From a virus (taxonomy: Duplodnaviria > Caudoviricetes): a stretch of DNA of 64,000 nt. The stretch covers positions 91,260 through 155,259 of the IMG/VR virus record IMGVR_UViG_2818991472_000001. One strand, given 5' to 3'. Below the pieces are notes generated by a model, which was given only the letters and a program-made list of their open reading frames with translations, ran no database searches and had not been told where the DNA came from. Below are positions 36,501 through 45,255 of this stretch, piece by piece. Position numbers and translations under genes: made by a program. Numbering within the stretch: the first letter of the stretch is position 1; each line of letters begins with the position of its first letter.

Positions 36501-37038
36501 CAGCCGCTCCAGCTCCGGGTGCAGACGTGTCGTGTCGTGGCTTGCCTCGGCCTGCAGTTCGTGACTGGTCATCATGGTCCCCCTTGGCAGCGGTGGTTGG
36601 TTCATCAGCATAGGTGCTGTCGCCTGGGGTAGTGCGGAAGAAGTCGGCGGCGGAGGCCATGGTCCTGCCCCGGGTGACGGTCTTGTCCCGGGTGTAGCCC
36701 TTCCACCATGCCTTCCCGGCGTCGGAGCGGTCGCCGTGCTCGATCCGGCTTCCGGGGTGGCGACGCTGCATCTCGTCCATGAGGGCGCTGCCGACACCGC
36801 GTCGCTGGTGGTCGGGGTGGGTCTCCAGGCGGTCGACGGCCATGGTGCCGCCTCGCCGCTTGGGCGGGTAGTAGGTGAGGTGACCCATCTCCTCGCCGGT
36901 CTCCGGGTGGAGGGCCTTGAGGCGGGTGAGGGTCGGGTACTTCGATCCGCCGGTCTCCTGGTCTTCGTGGTCGAAGAGCGGCTGGAGCTGGAGCTGGTCG
37001 GTTGCTGCGTGCCGGAAGAACTCGGCGGCCGTGGTCAT
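33523..37038 (-). CDS. multi-enzyme (polyvalent) protein: GNAT + RelE-like + nucleotidyltransferase + two ART-like domains + 2H phosphoesterase
   Basis: HPDHQRRGVG (GNAT motif A); VTFHPGAHKDLAKLD...HRVV...YVGLHDY; LTGS...GDLD; IYR...STS...EW; GYDGV...ETVDL; LHVTLAY/PHMTLAY. Confidence 0.85.
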   Translation of the reverse strand: MTTAAEFFRHAATDQLQLQPLFDHEDQETGGSKYPTLTRLKALHPETGEEMGHLTYYPPKRRGGTMAVDRLETHPDHQRRGVGSALMDEMQRRHPGSRIEHGDRSDAGKAWWKGYTRDKTVTRGRTMASAADFFRTTPGDSTYADEPTTAAKGDHDDQSRTAGRGKPRHDTSAPGAGAADPGTGQLGGDPDPLGEGAAGPGPVAELRPVTFHPGAHKDLAKLDRQDQRRIADTVEALRRGDDGLQTHALSQPLKGWNSTKASRGHRVVHRPTDDGGIHIGYVGLHDYDQAIRRLTFQNTIVPDNTQPYQHHHDWLPTGHFFGPGKSGLDPRLFDGTHLRPEIRQQLLDLLDDFWTPRYGSDWPRWARVYLTGSEASHWYGNGDLDTLIGVNYDEARRSAPPLSHLTDQEIDQRLNEELRAGLDDDDRSLQSDGHATGPWESTFYVNPDSFDIRTLKPYAAYDLTTDTWAVEPVQVPDDFDAHHLPEEDWDRLDDLRDQIQQIEHLPEDDQAAAGAALYDQLHQDRHDAFGPDGTGLYDERNVVWKALDAAPGHPLQDLTDWKKDQTAEAAPTRAAAAVLPVRQAGTVDDDYRMQHRAPGPDSAPLHDPTNGASGFHPGFEENVADGSYGEPHEESLHTLHRAHGRPDEPVTIYRAAPHGVDRISPGDWVSTSGEYARNHAMDGTGPDWPVLKATVPAKHVHTDGNDINEWAYHGPEIHQPEIHHPGDDPNDLGAEQYAGTAVHLTPEDHAFVHDPAQPVAERAERLKQVAPAAHEWEDDPDYAHGAAHEAAEDLPAVPHPATQIVWHSRERASDRTGISWTLHLADDNRDFRTDFTHHDFTTGHHTAARQPYTEDTGDDRPVTFDYFRNTEGAGHHGSQFAQDLEPHGRYITQGALPSHLADDPRYEGGQITFHRPLRMHFGGDYRDPSNWKHQLSARYDGKSGRALSEAIAADGYDGVMTHDEYGPSETVDLTSLRPKTATLFFRQATPEEADRIARQAAAEVEDGMMVALVPPPEIAEQLALPGGEPAAQLHVTLAYLGKTGHYTRQQLADLPQLIGNWASRHRPVTVRIGGVGTFTKPGQNVLWGSADIPGGTHLHSDLEKFLNGHGYRTPSEHGWSPHMTLAYVGDHFRFMPKLPEVSWTASDIIVSTGRVWTKIPFGAAPRNSVDT
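36429..36575 (-). CDS. nested out-of-frame antitoxin-like protein (48 aa)
   Basis: MMTSHELQ...LERLILERDNSGETPIPWEKVQQDLGL; own AAGGGGG RBS; GC3 bias switches to this frame; stop abuts the RelE-like domain. Confidence 0.75.
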   Translation of the reverse strand: MMTSHELQAEASHDTTRLHPELERLILERDNSGETPIPWEKVQQDLGL

Positions 37039-37080
37039 GGGCACCTCCGCCCCTTCGCGGGGCGGGGCGCGGTGGTGACA

Positions 37081-39183
37081 TCAGCGACGGCGTCCGACTC
37101 GTCCTCGGGAGGGGTTGTCGAGGCGGTCGCGGCCCATGCGGGTGCGGCTGAAGGAGCGCAGGGCGTTGATGGTCTCCTGGCTGTTGCGGTCGGTGGCGGT
37201 GGGGTTGGCGGCGCGCATGGAGTGGCCGTGGAGGCCGCCTTGCAGGGCGGCGGCGGGGCCTCCGCCGAGCATCTCCTTGTAGCCCTCGATCCAGCTGCCG
37301 ATGAGGGCGTAGGTGGTGATCATCATCGCGTCCGCGATGTCTTTGGTCTGGACCGGTCCGATGGTGGGGTGGTCGACCTTGTTGCCGTTGCCCTTCTGGA
37401 GGAACTTCAGCTCCAACTCGGCCTGCTCGTACTCGGGGGCGTGGACCAGCTCCATGTTGATCGCGCTCTTGAACGCCTCGGCGACCTTCCAGTTCCAGGT
37501 GGCGTTCGCGGTGCGCTCGAACACGGTGGTGGTCTTCGGGAGGCGGGCTCGGGCGACCTTCTTGGTGAGTTTCTGGATCGAGCTGACCGAGTTGTACTGG
37601 TCGAAGGTGAACTCCTCGGGCTGGAAGGGCACGAGGATCTCGTCCCAGATCCAGTCGTCGACCTGGTCGTAGTCGATGGTGTGCTCGGGGAAGTCGGCCG
37701 GGTCGAAGTGGTGGATCTTGTCGAAGACGACGTGGGGACGGCCGCCGTCGTCGTACTCGATGTGGGCGCAAGCGATGCCGAAGCGGCAGTTGACCGAGGA
37801 GGGGTCGGCGTGGCCCTTGTAGGTGTAGCTGAGGATGCCCTGGGTGGTGGGGGTGATGAGGGCGGGGCCGAAGCGGTCGGGGCGGCCGTACCAGGGGCCG
37901 AAGACCCGTTCGACCTTGAGGACATCGAGGTAGGCGTCCATGACGGTGGCCCACTGGGAGCGGCGCTCGACCCGGAAGGTGTCGGGCTCAGCCTGCTCCA
38001 GCTTGCGCATCTGGTCGTCGTACTCCTGGATGGCGCCCTTGAGCTTCTTGAAGCCGGGGTGTCCTCCGTTGGTGTACTCGCCGTTGTCGCCCTGGAAGTC
38101 TGCGGGGAGCAGGGGCAGCTCGTGGGCGATCTGCCAGTCGAGGTAGATGTCCCAGCTGGCGAGCTGGATCATCATCATGGCCGGGTAGGCGGGAGTGCCG
38201 TCCGGGTTGAGTTCGACCGCGCGGGTGTAGTTGTCGTAGAACTGCCCGGTCATCTGCCAGGGGCTGGACGGCTCGATGAGGAAGCCGTCTTTCTTGAACT
38301 GGTCGAGGCTCGGGGTGGAGGCGGTGTAGACCTCCTCGGCGCTGCGGTTGGCGCCGGAGGCGACGACGTGGGCCATCTCGTCGAAGCCCATGATGAAGGA
38401 GGCCGGGCCACGGCCCGCCATCAGCGTGCTCTCCTTCGGGAGGATCTCGAAGGTGGCCATGTCCAGGGCGGTCGTGATGCCGCGCTGGGCCATCTCGTCC
38501 ATGCGGACAAAGTCGTGCGGCGCGTACACGCTCAGCTTCTCGCCGAGGCTGTTGGCGATGTAGGGGGCGAAGCAGGGGGCGCCGGTGATCACGTTGACGA
38601 GGTCGCGCCACAGGTTCGCCTTGGCCTGTTCGCGCTTGCCCGCGAAGATCAGGCAGGCGAGCTTCTTGTCCCGGTCGACGCCGTAATGCTCCTGGGGGTC
38701 GCCCTTGGCCATGTAGGTCCACAGGACGTAGGCCATGGCGAGGGCGCTGATGTGGCCCTTGCCCGCGCGGCGGCCCATGACCAGGAGGATCTCCCGGAAC
38801 CACTGGTAGCCGAGGGCCTTGGCGGCGCGCATGCGCTCCAGCAGGCGGGGGCTGCCGGAGACGTCGACCTTGACGGTGTCGAGCGGCTCGCCGTGCTCGT
38901 CGGTCTCGGCCTGGGCCCGCTCCTTGGCGCGCAGGCCGGTGAAGTACGCCTGGTCCCACTCTTCCAGGACTTCGTAGTCGTACGGGGTGAACAGGTCCTC
39001 GCGGAGGAAGAACGCCTTGAGGAGGGTGGCTTGGCGCGGGTAGAGGTTCGGCCGGTCGAGGTAGTCGGGGGAGACGACGAAGGTGATCGGGTCGGGGATG
39101 TCGATCCCGATGAAGAGGTGGTGGATGTCGGCCGGGCCGAACGCGGTGATCGGGGAGCGGCGGTCGGTGGTGGGGGTCGGCAT
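37081..39183 (-). CDS. phage terminase large subunit
   Basis: LYPRQ, Walker A MGRRAGKG, Walker B GFDEMAH, SSP, nuclease HADPS...FDQY...DIADA. Confidence 0.9.
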   Translation of the reverse strand: MPTPTTDRRSPITAFGPADIHHLFIGIDIPDPITFVVSPDYLDRPNLYPRQATLLKAFFLREDLFTPYDYEVLEEWDQAYFTGLRAKERAQAETDEHGEPLDTVKVDVSGSPRLLERMRAAKALGYQWFREILLVMGRRAGKGHISALAMAYVLWTYMAKGDPQEHYGVDRDKKLACLIFAGKREQAKANLWRDLVNVITGAPCFAPYIANSLGEKLSVYAPHDFVRMDEMAQRGITTALDMATFEILPKESTLMAGRGPASFIMGFDEMAHVVASGANRSAEEVYTASTPSLDQFKKDGFLIEPSSPWQMTGQFYDNYTRAVELNPDGTPAYPAMMMIQLASWDIYLDWQIAHELPLLPADFQGDNGEYTNGGHPGFKKLKGAIQEYDDQMRKLEQAEPDTFRVERRSQWATVMDAYLDVLKVERVFGPWYGRPDRFGPALITPTTQGILSYTYKGHADPSSVNCRFGIACAHIEYDDGGRPHVVFDKIHHFDPADFPEHTIDYDQVDDWIWDEILVPFQPEEFTFDQYNSVSSIQKLTKKVARARLPKTTTVFERTANATWNWKVAEAFKSAINMELVHAPEYEQAELELKFLQKGNGNKVDHPTIGPVQTKDIADAMMITTYALIGSWIEGYKEMLGGGPAAALQGGLHGHSMRAANPTATDRNSQETINALRSFSRTRMGRDRLDNPSRGRVGRRR

Positions 39184-39198
39184 GGTGGTGGCACCTCC

Positions 39199-39216
39199 TC
39201 ACCCCTTCGTGGGGTG
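39199..39216 (-). promoter_or_regulatory. motif C upstream of the terminase
   Basis: CACCCCACGAAGGGGTGA running into the GGAGG RBS. Confidence 0.55.
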
Positions 39217-39236
39217 GGGAGGTGCCAGCGACAGGG

Positions 39237-39551
39237 TCAGCCGTGGTCGGGGCAGATCTCCAGGTGGTTGAGGGTTCGGGCGACCGACTCGGGCCGGGCG
39301 TCGCTGCCGGAGATGTGTCCGCAGCAGCTGGCGACGCAGTCGGCGGCAATTCCGGCCAGGCGGACCGTGTCGGCGGGGTCGGGGATGCCCTCGTGGCCGG
39401 GCAGGTCGGTGGCTGGGTCGTAGGGGTGGAAGACGGGTTCGAGGGTGAGCAGCGCGGTGCTGACGAGGTGTCCGCACCGGCGGCAGATGGTCGGCCGGAC
39501 GCGGACGAGGACGGCGTCGTCGTTGTAGCCGGGGTTCTCCTCCTCGGTCAT
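39237..39551 (-). CDS. small Cys-rich hypothetical protein
   Basis: CRRC...CC...C; ATGA coupling. Confidence 0.6.
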   Translation of the reverse strand: MTEEENPGYNDDAVLVRVRPTICRRCGHLVSTALLTLEPVFHPYDPATDLPGHEGIPDPADTVRLAGIAADCVASCCGHISGSDARPESVARTLNHLEICPDHG

Positions 39552-40012
39552 CGGTGCTGGTGCCCGTCGGGGGTAGTGGCGGAGGCCCAGTCGCTCTTGA
39601 CGACTCCCTTGTCCTGGCCGCGCAGTTCGAGGAAGTTGTTGGTGACCTCGTGGACCTTCTTGTCGTGGTCGAAGACGGTCTTGTCGACGCGGCCGATGAT
39701 CTCGATGCTGGGCATGACGGCGCCTTCGACCTCGTGGCCGTCGATGGCGAAGGTGTACCACTGGACGTCGACGGCGAAGCCGATCTTGTGGAACTGGTCC
39801 TTGACCTCGCGCTGGAAGGAGTCGATGTCGCGGCGCTGGCCCGCGCGCTTCTCCAGCCACTCGAAGACCTTGCCGATCTCTTCGATCTCGGAGTCGAGGA
39901 TGTCGCCTCGGGCGAGGCCGTCGCGGTTGTGGACGCCGCCGTACTCGCGGTCGAAGCGGTCGGGGCCGGGGGTGGCGTTCTGGCTGTTGTGGCCGAGGAT
40001 CGGGATAGCCAT
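39548..40012 (-). CDS. hypothetical phage protein
   Basis: AAGGA RBS; strong codon bias. Confidence 0.75.
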   Translation of the reverse strand: MAIPILGHNSQNATPGPDRFDREYGGVHNRDGLARGDILDSEIEEIGKVFEWLEKRAGQRRDIDSFQREVKDQFHKIGFAVDVQWYTFAIDGHEVEGAVMPSIEIIGRVDKTVFDHDKKVHEVTNNFLELRGQDKGVVKSDWASATTPDGHQHR

Positions 40013-40027
40013 GGCGGGTCCTTGGGG

Positions 40028-41020
40028 TTAGGCGGCGAGGGCGGCGTGGCAGTGGCTGCAGCGTTCGGCGTGGTGGGCGACGAGTTGGCCGCCGATGGTC
40101 TGCAGGCGGGTGCGGACGCCACGGTGGTTGGTGCCGATGAGGTTGGCGGCGTTCGCAGCGTCGGCGATGGCCAGGACGAGGTCGTACTTGCTGGGGGCGG
40201 TGAGGCGGGAGAGGTGGGTGCTGATCCCGGCCATGGAGCGGGCGGGGATCTTCTGCTCGGCTGCGATGCGGTTGAGGAGGGTGATCCGGTCACCGGCGAT
40301 GCTCTGGCGGGCGAGGTCGAGGAGGGCGAACTGGTCGTTCTCGGTGCGGGCCAGGGCGCGCTGGGCGTCGGCGGCGAGGAGTTCGGCGAGGGTGTCGCCG
40401 CTGGCGCCCCGGGCCTCGATCTTGAGGGCCGGGTCGGGGATCTGCAGGACGGTCCCGTTGCTGTGGTGGAGCAGCGGGGCGGCCCAGGGAGCGAGGTTCT
40501 GGGCGCGGTTCTGGCCCAGGCGCAGGCCCGCGCTGATGTGGTGGCCGTCGGGGCCCGGGGTGGCCGAGTGGGGCTGGAGGACGTCGAGGCGCAGGTCTGC
40601 GGTGGTGGACCAGGAGTCGATGACCACGGAGTCGGGCGGGAGGACGGCGAGGGCGGCCTGGACGAACTGCTCGGGGGCCAGGCGGGGCTGCGCGGGGCGC
40701 AGGACTTCGGCGAGGCCGCCCTTGTCGGTGTAGGTGATGGTGACCTCACCGAGGGTGTTGTGGATGCGGCTGTTGAGCAGGGTGTGCTGCTCGTGCCGGG
40801 TGAGGCGGTGGAAGAACGCCTTGGGAATCTTGTAGAAGGCGCAGAGCTGGTCGGTGCCGTGCTCGGAGAGGGGGATGGTGTGGTCGCCGAGGGAGATGGT
40901 CGGCCTCTCGGAGCCCTCGCGGAGCAGGTCGACCTCGGGGGTGCAGGCGTCCGAGGTCCAGGAGCGGGTGCGGCTGGTCCACTTGGTGGCCAGTTCGGCG
41001 AGGGTGATCGGCTCTGACAT
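40028..41020 (-). CDS. hypothetical phage protein (possibly DUF932-like)
   Basis: LSEHGTDQLCAFYKIP, AGL, YDLVLAI, C-terminal CSHC. Confidence 0.65.
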   Translation of the reverse strand: MSEPITLAELATKWTSRTRSWTSDACTPEVDLLREGSERPTISLGDHTIPLSEHGTDQLCAFYKIPKAFFHRLTRHEQHTLLNSRIHNTLGEVTITYTDKGGLAEVLRPAQPRLAPEQFVQAALAVLPPDSVVIDSWSTTADLRLDVLQPHSATPGPDGHHISAGLRLGQNRAQNLAPWAAPLLHHSNGTVLQIPDPALKIEARGASGDTLAELLAADAQRALARTENDQFALLDLARQSIAGDRITLLNRIAAEQKIPARSMAGISTHLSRLTAPSKYDLVLAIADAANAANLIGTNHRGVRTRLQTIGGQLVAHHAERCSHCHAALAA

Positions 41021-41083
41021 GGTGTGGTGGTCTCCCCTGTTTCCGGCGTCGTGGTGGCGGATTTCCTGGACGGTCTTATGGAT

Positions 41084-41716
41084 TTATGTCTGGGGTATTT
41101 CCCGGGGCTTCTTCTGGCTTTCGGAGAGGGCTCTCAAGACTGGGTGGTCGGAGAGCGCCTTGCCGAATGCTGGTCGGTCTTCGGGCCGGATGAATTCGAG
41201 CGCGAGCCGCATGTGGATCATGAGTGCCTGGCGCCAGACCTGGCTGTCGGTGTCCTCGCCGAGCGACTCGTCGATCTGGTGCTTGAGCTTGATCGCGTTG
41301 AGCAGGTCGCCGCCCGTGACCTTGATCTCGCCCCGGTGGAGGCGGTCGAAGCCCTGGGAGATGGTCAGCTCCAGGGCGGCGAGGTGGTCGGCGACGCGGT
41401 CGCCGTACTCGTCGATCGCGTCGCCGAGCTGGGCGGCACGGCGCTCGATGATGGCCTGCTGTGCCTTGGCCTCGATCGGCAGGTGGTGCTCGAAGTGGTA
41501 GCGCAGTGCCTTCTCGGTCATCTCTCCGAGGGGGCTGGGCTGCTCTTCGAGTTGGCGCAGGATGGCACGCCAGCGGTAGCCGCCGAGGTACCACGCCTCG
41601 ATGGCGGCCCGCTTGGGGTGCTGGCAGGTGCGGCAGGTGCTGGAGGTCTTGGCCGGGTAGACCTTGTCGCCGATGCGCACGAGCACCATGGAGGGCGGGG
41701 CGTCGGTGGTCATCAC
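41084..41716 (-). CDS. Zn/HTH protein, candidate terminase small subunit
   Basis: CRTCQHP.R..IE...LRYHFEHH; near the large terminase. Confidence 0.5.
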   Translation of the reverse strand: MMTTDAPPSMVLVRIGDKVYPAKTSSTCRTCQHPKRAAIEAWYLGGYRWRAILRQLEEQPSPLGEMTEKALRYHFEHHLPIEAKAQQAIIERRAAQLGDAIDEYGDRVADHLAALELTISQGFDRLHRGEIKVTGGDLLNAIKLKHQIDESLGEDTDSQVWRQALMIHMRLALEFIRPEDRPAFGKALSDHPVLRALSESQKKPREIPQT

Positions 41717-42030
41717 CCGTCACCCGGGTCCGGCCAGCAGTCTTGGGCGATGCGGGAGGAGCTGGAGAAGCGCGATCCCCTGAGGGTGCCGTCGCGGCTG
41801 TTGAGGTGCGGCGAGGTCGGGTTGTAGGCCCGGTGGAACAGGCCGGACCGTACGGCGGGGTCGGGGATGCCGTTGATGTTGTAGACCTCTCGGCGGTGCC
41901 GTGAGGCTTCCATGTAGTGGGTGAGGACATCGCGCTCGGAGGGCTTGGTGATGGCCTTCAGCACGGGGTAGAGCAGCGCGTCGGCGGCGGCTTCGAGGTC
42001 GGGGTCCACGCCCCGGCGGATGCGGCCCAT
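41713..42030 (-). CDS. hypothetical protein
   Basis: MGRIRRG...; coupled at both ends. Confidence 0.65.
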   Translation of the reverse strand: MGRIRRGVDPDLEAAADALLYPVLKAITKPSERDVLTHYMEASRHRREVYNINGIPDPAVRSGLFHRAYNPTSPHLNSRDGTLRGSRFSSSSRIAQDCWPDPGDG

Positions 42031-42422
42031 CAGGCGGCCCTGGCGGCCGGACCGGCCGGGGCGAGGGCGAGCTGGCCCTGTTCGGCGAGGGCCAGCAGGC
42101 GGATGAGTCCCTGGGTGGCATAGGAGGCGACCGGGTTGGTCTCGCTGACGCCCATGCGGCGAGCGACGTCCTTCTCCAGCATGTTCTCGAAGAGGAACAT
42201 GCGGATGGCCTGGGCCTGCCTCGGACTGAGGACGGGTTCGCGCTGGCCCTTGGCGTTGGCGCGGGTGGCCTGGGACGCCGTGTAGAGGTGGGTGATGTCG
42301 TGGATGCAGTAGTCCTGGCCGTCGAGCCCGGTAATGACGTCGGGGCCGCCTACCTCGTAGAGGGAGCGCCAGGATTGCAGGTTCCGGAACATCTCCCTGA
42401 GAACGGTGACGGAAATTGGCAT
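42030..42422 (-). CDS. sigma-70 region 4-like HTH protein
   Basis: LSPRQAQAIRMFLFENMLEKDVARRMGVS...YATQGL.RL. Confidence 0.75.
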   Translation of the reverse strand: MPISVTVLREMFRNLQSWRSLYEVGGPDVITGLDGQDYCIHDITHLYTASQATRANAKGQREPVLSPRQAQAIRMFLFENMLEKDVARRMGVSETNPVASYATQGLIRLLALAEQGQLALAPAGPAARAA

Positions 42423-42582
42423 GGTGGTACCTCGGCAGGGTTGCGGGTGGGCGCGCTGATGGCAGGTCGCGCGCTCTCCGAGGCCGACCGTGGCAGTCGG
42501 TCGGCATTTTTGACACTGGTAATACTAACGAGGCTTGCGAGTTCCATTAGGTATTTCACGGAGGTGTCGGACAGGGGCCCGG

Positions 42583-43272
42583 TCAGAAAACCGTGGCATC
42601 CTTGATCCTTTGTCCCAGTTTGGACATGTCTGCTACGAGCTGTTCCGCCGCTCGCGAGAGTGCTGCCCGGAAGACCGCGTGATACCGGTGCTCCAGCGCG
42701 GCTGCCCGGCCGCGCTGGGTCCGCTCCTCGACGGTGACCCTCCCGGACGGGGCGATGAACCCGGTGGCCATGGCCTCCTCCCAGCGGACCTTGGCCAGCA
42801 TCGCCTCCGCCCAAGCCACGGTCGACCGCTGCCCCCACTCGACTCCCATGGCCGCGATGCGCATCAGGAAGTCCTCGCGCTCGCGGTCGGTGAGTCGGCT
42901 GTAGTCCTCGATGTAGGCGCCGGAGGGGGTCTTCTTCCAGTGGGGCCAACCGTAGACGTCGACCCGGACAGCACCGGTCTCTGGGTCGTGTTCGGGCTCG
43001 CGTACCAGCGCCCACAGCTCGTTCATGAGGAGGAAGGCGTCGGGGAAGAGCCTGCGGATCGCTCCCTCGGCCACGGCGAGGACCCCTTGGACGAGGGGCG
43101 CGTCCTCCGGTGTCCAGTCCGTACGCATCCGGGACAGGCCGAACTTCAGGTCGCGCGTGCGGTCGGGGTCGGTCTCGACTGTGAGGGGTGCGTCGGGCTC
43201 GACGGAGATCTCGGCGACGACCCGGGCGGCCTGGTCGGCGGCCTGGCGGGGGTCAAGGGCTTCGGTGGTCAC
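42583..43272 (-). CDS. hypothetical phage protein
   Basis: coupled to the upstream nuclease gene. Confidence 0.7.
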   Translation of the reverse strand: MTTEALDPRQAADQAARVVAEISVEPDAPLTVETDPDRTRDLKFGLSRMRTDWTPEDAPLVQGVLAVAEGAIRRLFPDAFLLMNELWALVREPEHDPETGAVRVDVYGWPHWKKTPSGAYIEDYSRLTDREREDFLMRIAAMGVEWGQRSTVAWAEAMLAKVRWEEAMATGFIAPSGRVTVEERTQRGRAAALEHRYHAVFRAALSRAAEQLVADMSKLGQRIKDATVF

Positions 43273-43964
43273 TCGGCCGTCTCCCTCTGCTTCAAATCGA
43301 ACAGGTGAACGAGTCCGAGCATGATGGCATCCCGAACGTGTTCGTTCCAGGAGGACGACGGGGGCGGCTCGGGGAAGTACCGGCCGACAGCCTCTTTGAC
43401 CTGCCGCTTCGTGATGGTTGTGCCCTTCGGCACAGGCCCCACCAGCACGCGCTTGGCGTGCCGGTTGGAGACCAGGACCGCCCGGCCGTCGGTCTCTTCG
43501 TAGACCACCAGCCCTGCGAGGAGCGCTGAATCGGTGCGGTGTCCGGTGACGGAGGGGCGCTCGAACACGTAGTGCGGTTCGCTCCCGAGGTGGGGCTGCG
43601 TCCTGGCAAGGACCTGTCGAACTCCCCGACGGATCTGGGCCGCCTTGGCGTAGCTGCCCTCATGGGAGGTGAGCGCGGTCTCGGCCGGGCGTACGGTTTC
43701 GGTGTAGGCGATCCGGAGTCCGGCGCCGGGGAGGTGCGTGATCACCGCCGTGCCGGTGTTGCTGGTCGTCTGGTCGAACGCCAGCACGCAGCCGTAGGCG
43801 AAGTCCCGTGGGATGGGGGCCTGCCAGGTGGGCTGGCGCCTGCGTGCCTGCTCCTCGATCTCGTGGACGGTGTCGAAGACGAGCTGGCCGCGCTGGGCCG
43901 GGATGAGCGGGCGGCCGGACCCAGAAGTGTTCCGCGCGGAACGGTTTTGGTCTGGCGGGGTCAC
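43269..43964 (-). CDS. RuvC-like resolvase
   Basis: VLAFDQTTSNTG, VFERP, K...TKRQV, HVRDA. Confidence 0.75.
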   Translation of the reverse strand: MTPPDQNRSARNTSGSGRPLIPAQRGQLVFDTVHEIEEQARRRQPTWQAPIPRDFAYGCVLAFDQTTSNTGTAVITHLPGAGLRIAYTETVRPAETALTSHEGSYAKAAQIRRGVRQVLARTQPHLGSEPHYVFERPSVTGHRTDSALLAGLVVYEETDGRAVLVSNRHAKRVLVGPVPKGTTITKRQVKEAVGRYFPEPPPSSSWNEHVRDAIMLGLVHLFDLKQRETAE

Positions 43965-44797
43965 GGGGTTCCCCTCTTGATCGGGCAGGCGGTGGCAGGG
44001 CAGCGGCGGGCGCGGGCGCCGCCGGGGCAGCAGGCGACTGGCGGGACCTGTCCGGCGTCGACGTAGTTGCGTACGGCGCGGTACTTCGCTTCGAGGGCGA
44101 CGATGTACTCCTCGTCGCGGGGGATGGTGAACTCCTTCATCGGCCAGCCCTGGGACAGCCCGAGGAAGAGCACCAGAGCCTGGCGCTTGCCGGAGAGTGC
44201 CATGTACTCCTGCTGCTGGCCGTAGTAGCCGGGCCACCTGGCCTTGAACGCGGCCAGGTCGTGGTCCTGGATGCCCTTGATCACCATCGGGCTGCAGGTC
44301 TTGAGGTCGTAGATCCCCTCGCCCCAGGTGGGCAGCGTCAGCAGGCCGTCGAGGTGGCCCCGGCGGCGCAGCACGGGGTCGATGACTCCCCACTCCCCGC
44401 ACTGCCCGGCGTCGCGCCCGTGAGGTCGGCCGCAGGCGACGCACGTGCCCTTCGGCGGGCTCAGGACGCCGATCTCGGTGAGGGCGGCGGCCATCAGGTC
44501 GTGGGTGGCGGTGCCCATCATCACGGCCATCCGGCTGCCGTACTCGAACGGCTCGCGTATCCACCGGTCCGGCTCGGCGAGGTAGTAGTACAGCTGCCGC
44601 TCGTCCATCGTCGGGTGGGTGGAGGGGTGGAACCAGCCGTCCGGGGGGCGGTCGGCCTGGTAGTTGCGGAAGGTGACCTCGAAGACCTCGGGGAACCGGC
44701 AGTCGCGGATGGCGGCTTCGACCAGGGGGACGAGGTGGAGGCGGGTCAGCAGGTCGACGGTACGCCGAAACGCCGGGGTGAACGGCTTGGTCACCAT
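43961..44797 (-). CDS. Cas4/RecB-like PD-(D/E)xK exonuclease
   Basis: HPS, GTATH, GHLDG, YDLKT, QQQEYM, C-terminal Cys cluster. Confidence 0.8.
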   Translation of the reverse strand: MVTKPFTPAFRRTVDLLTRLHLVPLVEAAIRDCRFPEVFEVTFRNYQADRPPDGWFHPSTHPTMDERQLYYYLAEPDRWIREPFEYGSRMAVMMGTATHDLMAAALTEIGVLSPPKGTCVACGRPHGRDAGQCGEWGVIDPVLRRRGHLDGLLTLPTWGEGIYDLKTCSPMVIKGIQDHDLAAFKARWPGYYGQQQEYMALSGKRQALVLFLGLSQGWPMKEFTIPRDEEYIVALEAKYRAVRNYVDAGQVPPVACCPGGARARRCPATACPIKRGTP

Positions 44798-45255
44798 CCC
44801 TTCTGCGCCTCCTCCAGGAGCGTGTTCGCCTCGGCGATGACGACGTCCAGCCATTCGGTGTCGGCGGTGTCGGGGTGGACGAGGCGCTTCAGGATGGGCT
44901 GGGCTGCCTCCCAGAGACGGGCGGCGCCCAGCAGGTCGGCGAAGTCGTCGAGCAGGCTTACGGCCAGGTCGGCGTGGACGTCCGCGAGTGTGCGGTCGGT
45001 GTAGAAGCGCAGGGCCAGCATCGGCCGCTCTCCCCCGGCCTGCTCGACCGCCTTGTGCCACATGGCCAGCGAGACGGACAGCGACTTGGCCAGGGTGCTC
45101 TTCGCGTCGGCGGCGAAGGCGTACTCGGTGTCGAGGCGGTTGTGCCGGGCGTCGATGGGGTCGCGCCACTGGTTGCCGCTGCCCCGGCTGCGGCGCATGC
45201 CCAGGCGGTCGGCTACGTGCTGCTCGTGCCCGTTGCCCATCTTCTGGTTGAGCAT
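44791..45255 (-). CDS. PD-(D/E)xK Holliday-junction-resolvase-like nuclease
   Basis: HEQHVADRLG...GSG...D...DAKST. Confidence 0.65.
   Translation of the reverse strand: MLNQKMGNGHEQHVADRLGMRRSRGSGNQWRDPIDARHNRLDTEYAFAADAKSTLAKSLSVSLAMWHKAVEQAGGERPMLALRFYTDRTLADVHADLAVSLLDDFADLLGAARLWEAAQPILKRLVHPDTADTEWLDVVIAEANTLLEEAQKGW

Noticed and set aside
33688-39423. Very long plus-strand ORFs (958 and 949 aa; likewise 10464..12782, 45560..47458, 60245..62950)
   Set aside because: Antisense shadows of well-supported minus-strand genes, common in high-GC DNA; no recognisable motifs.
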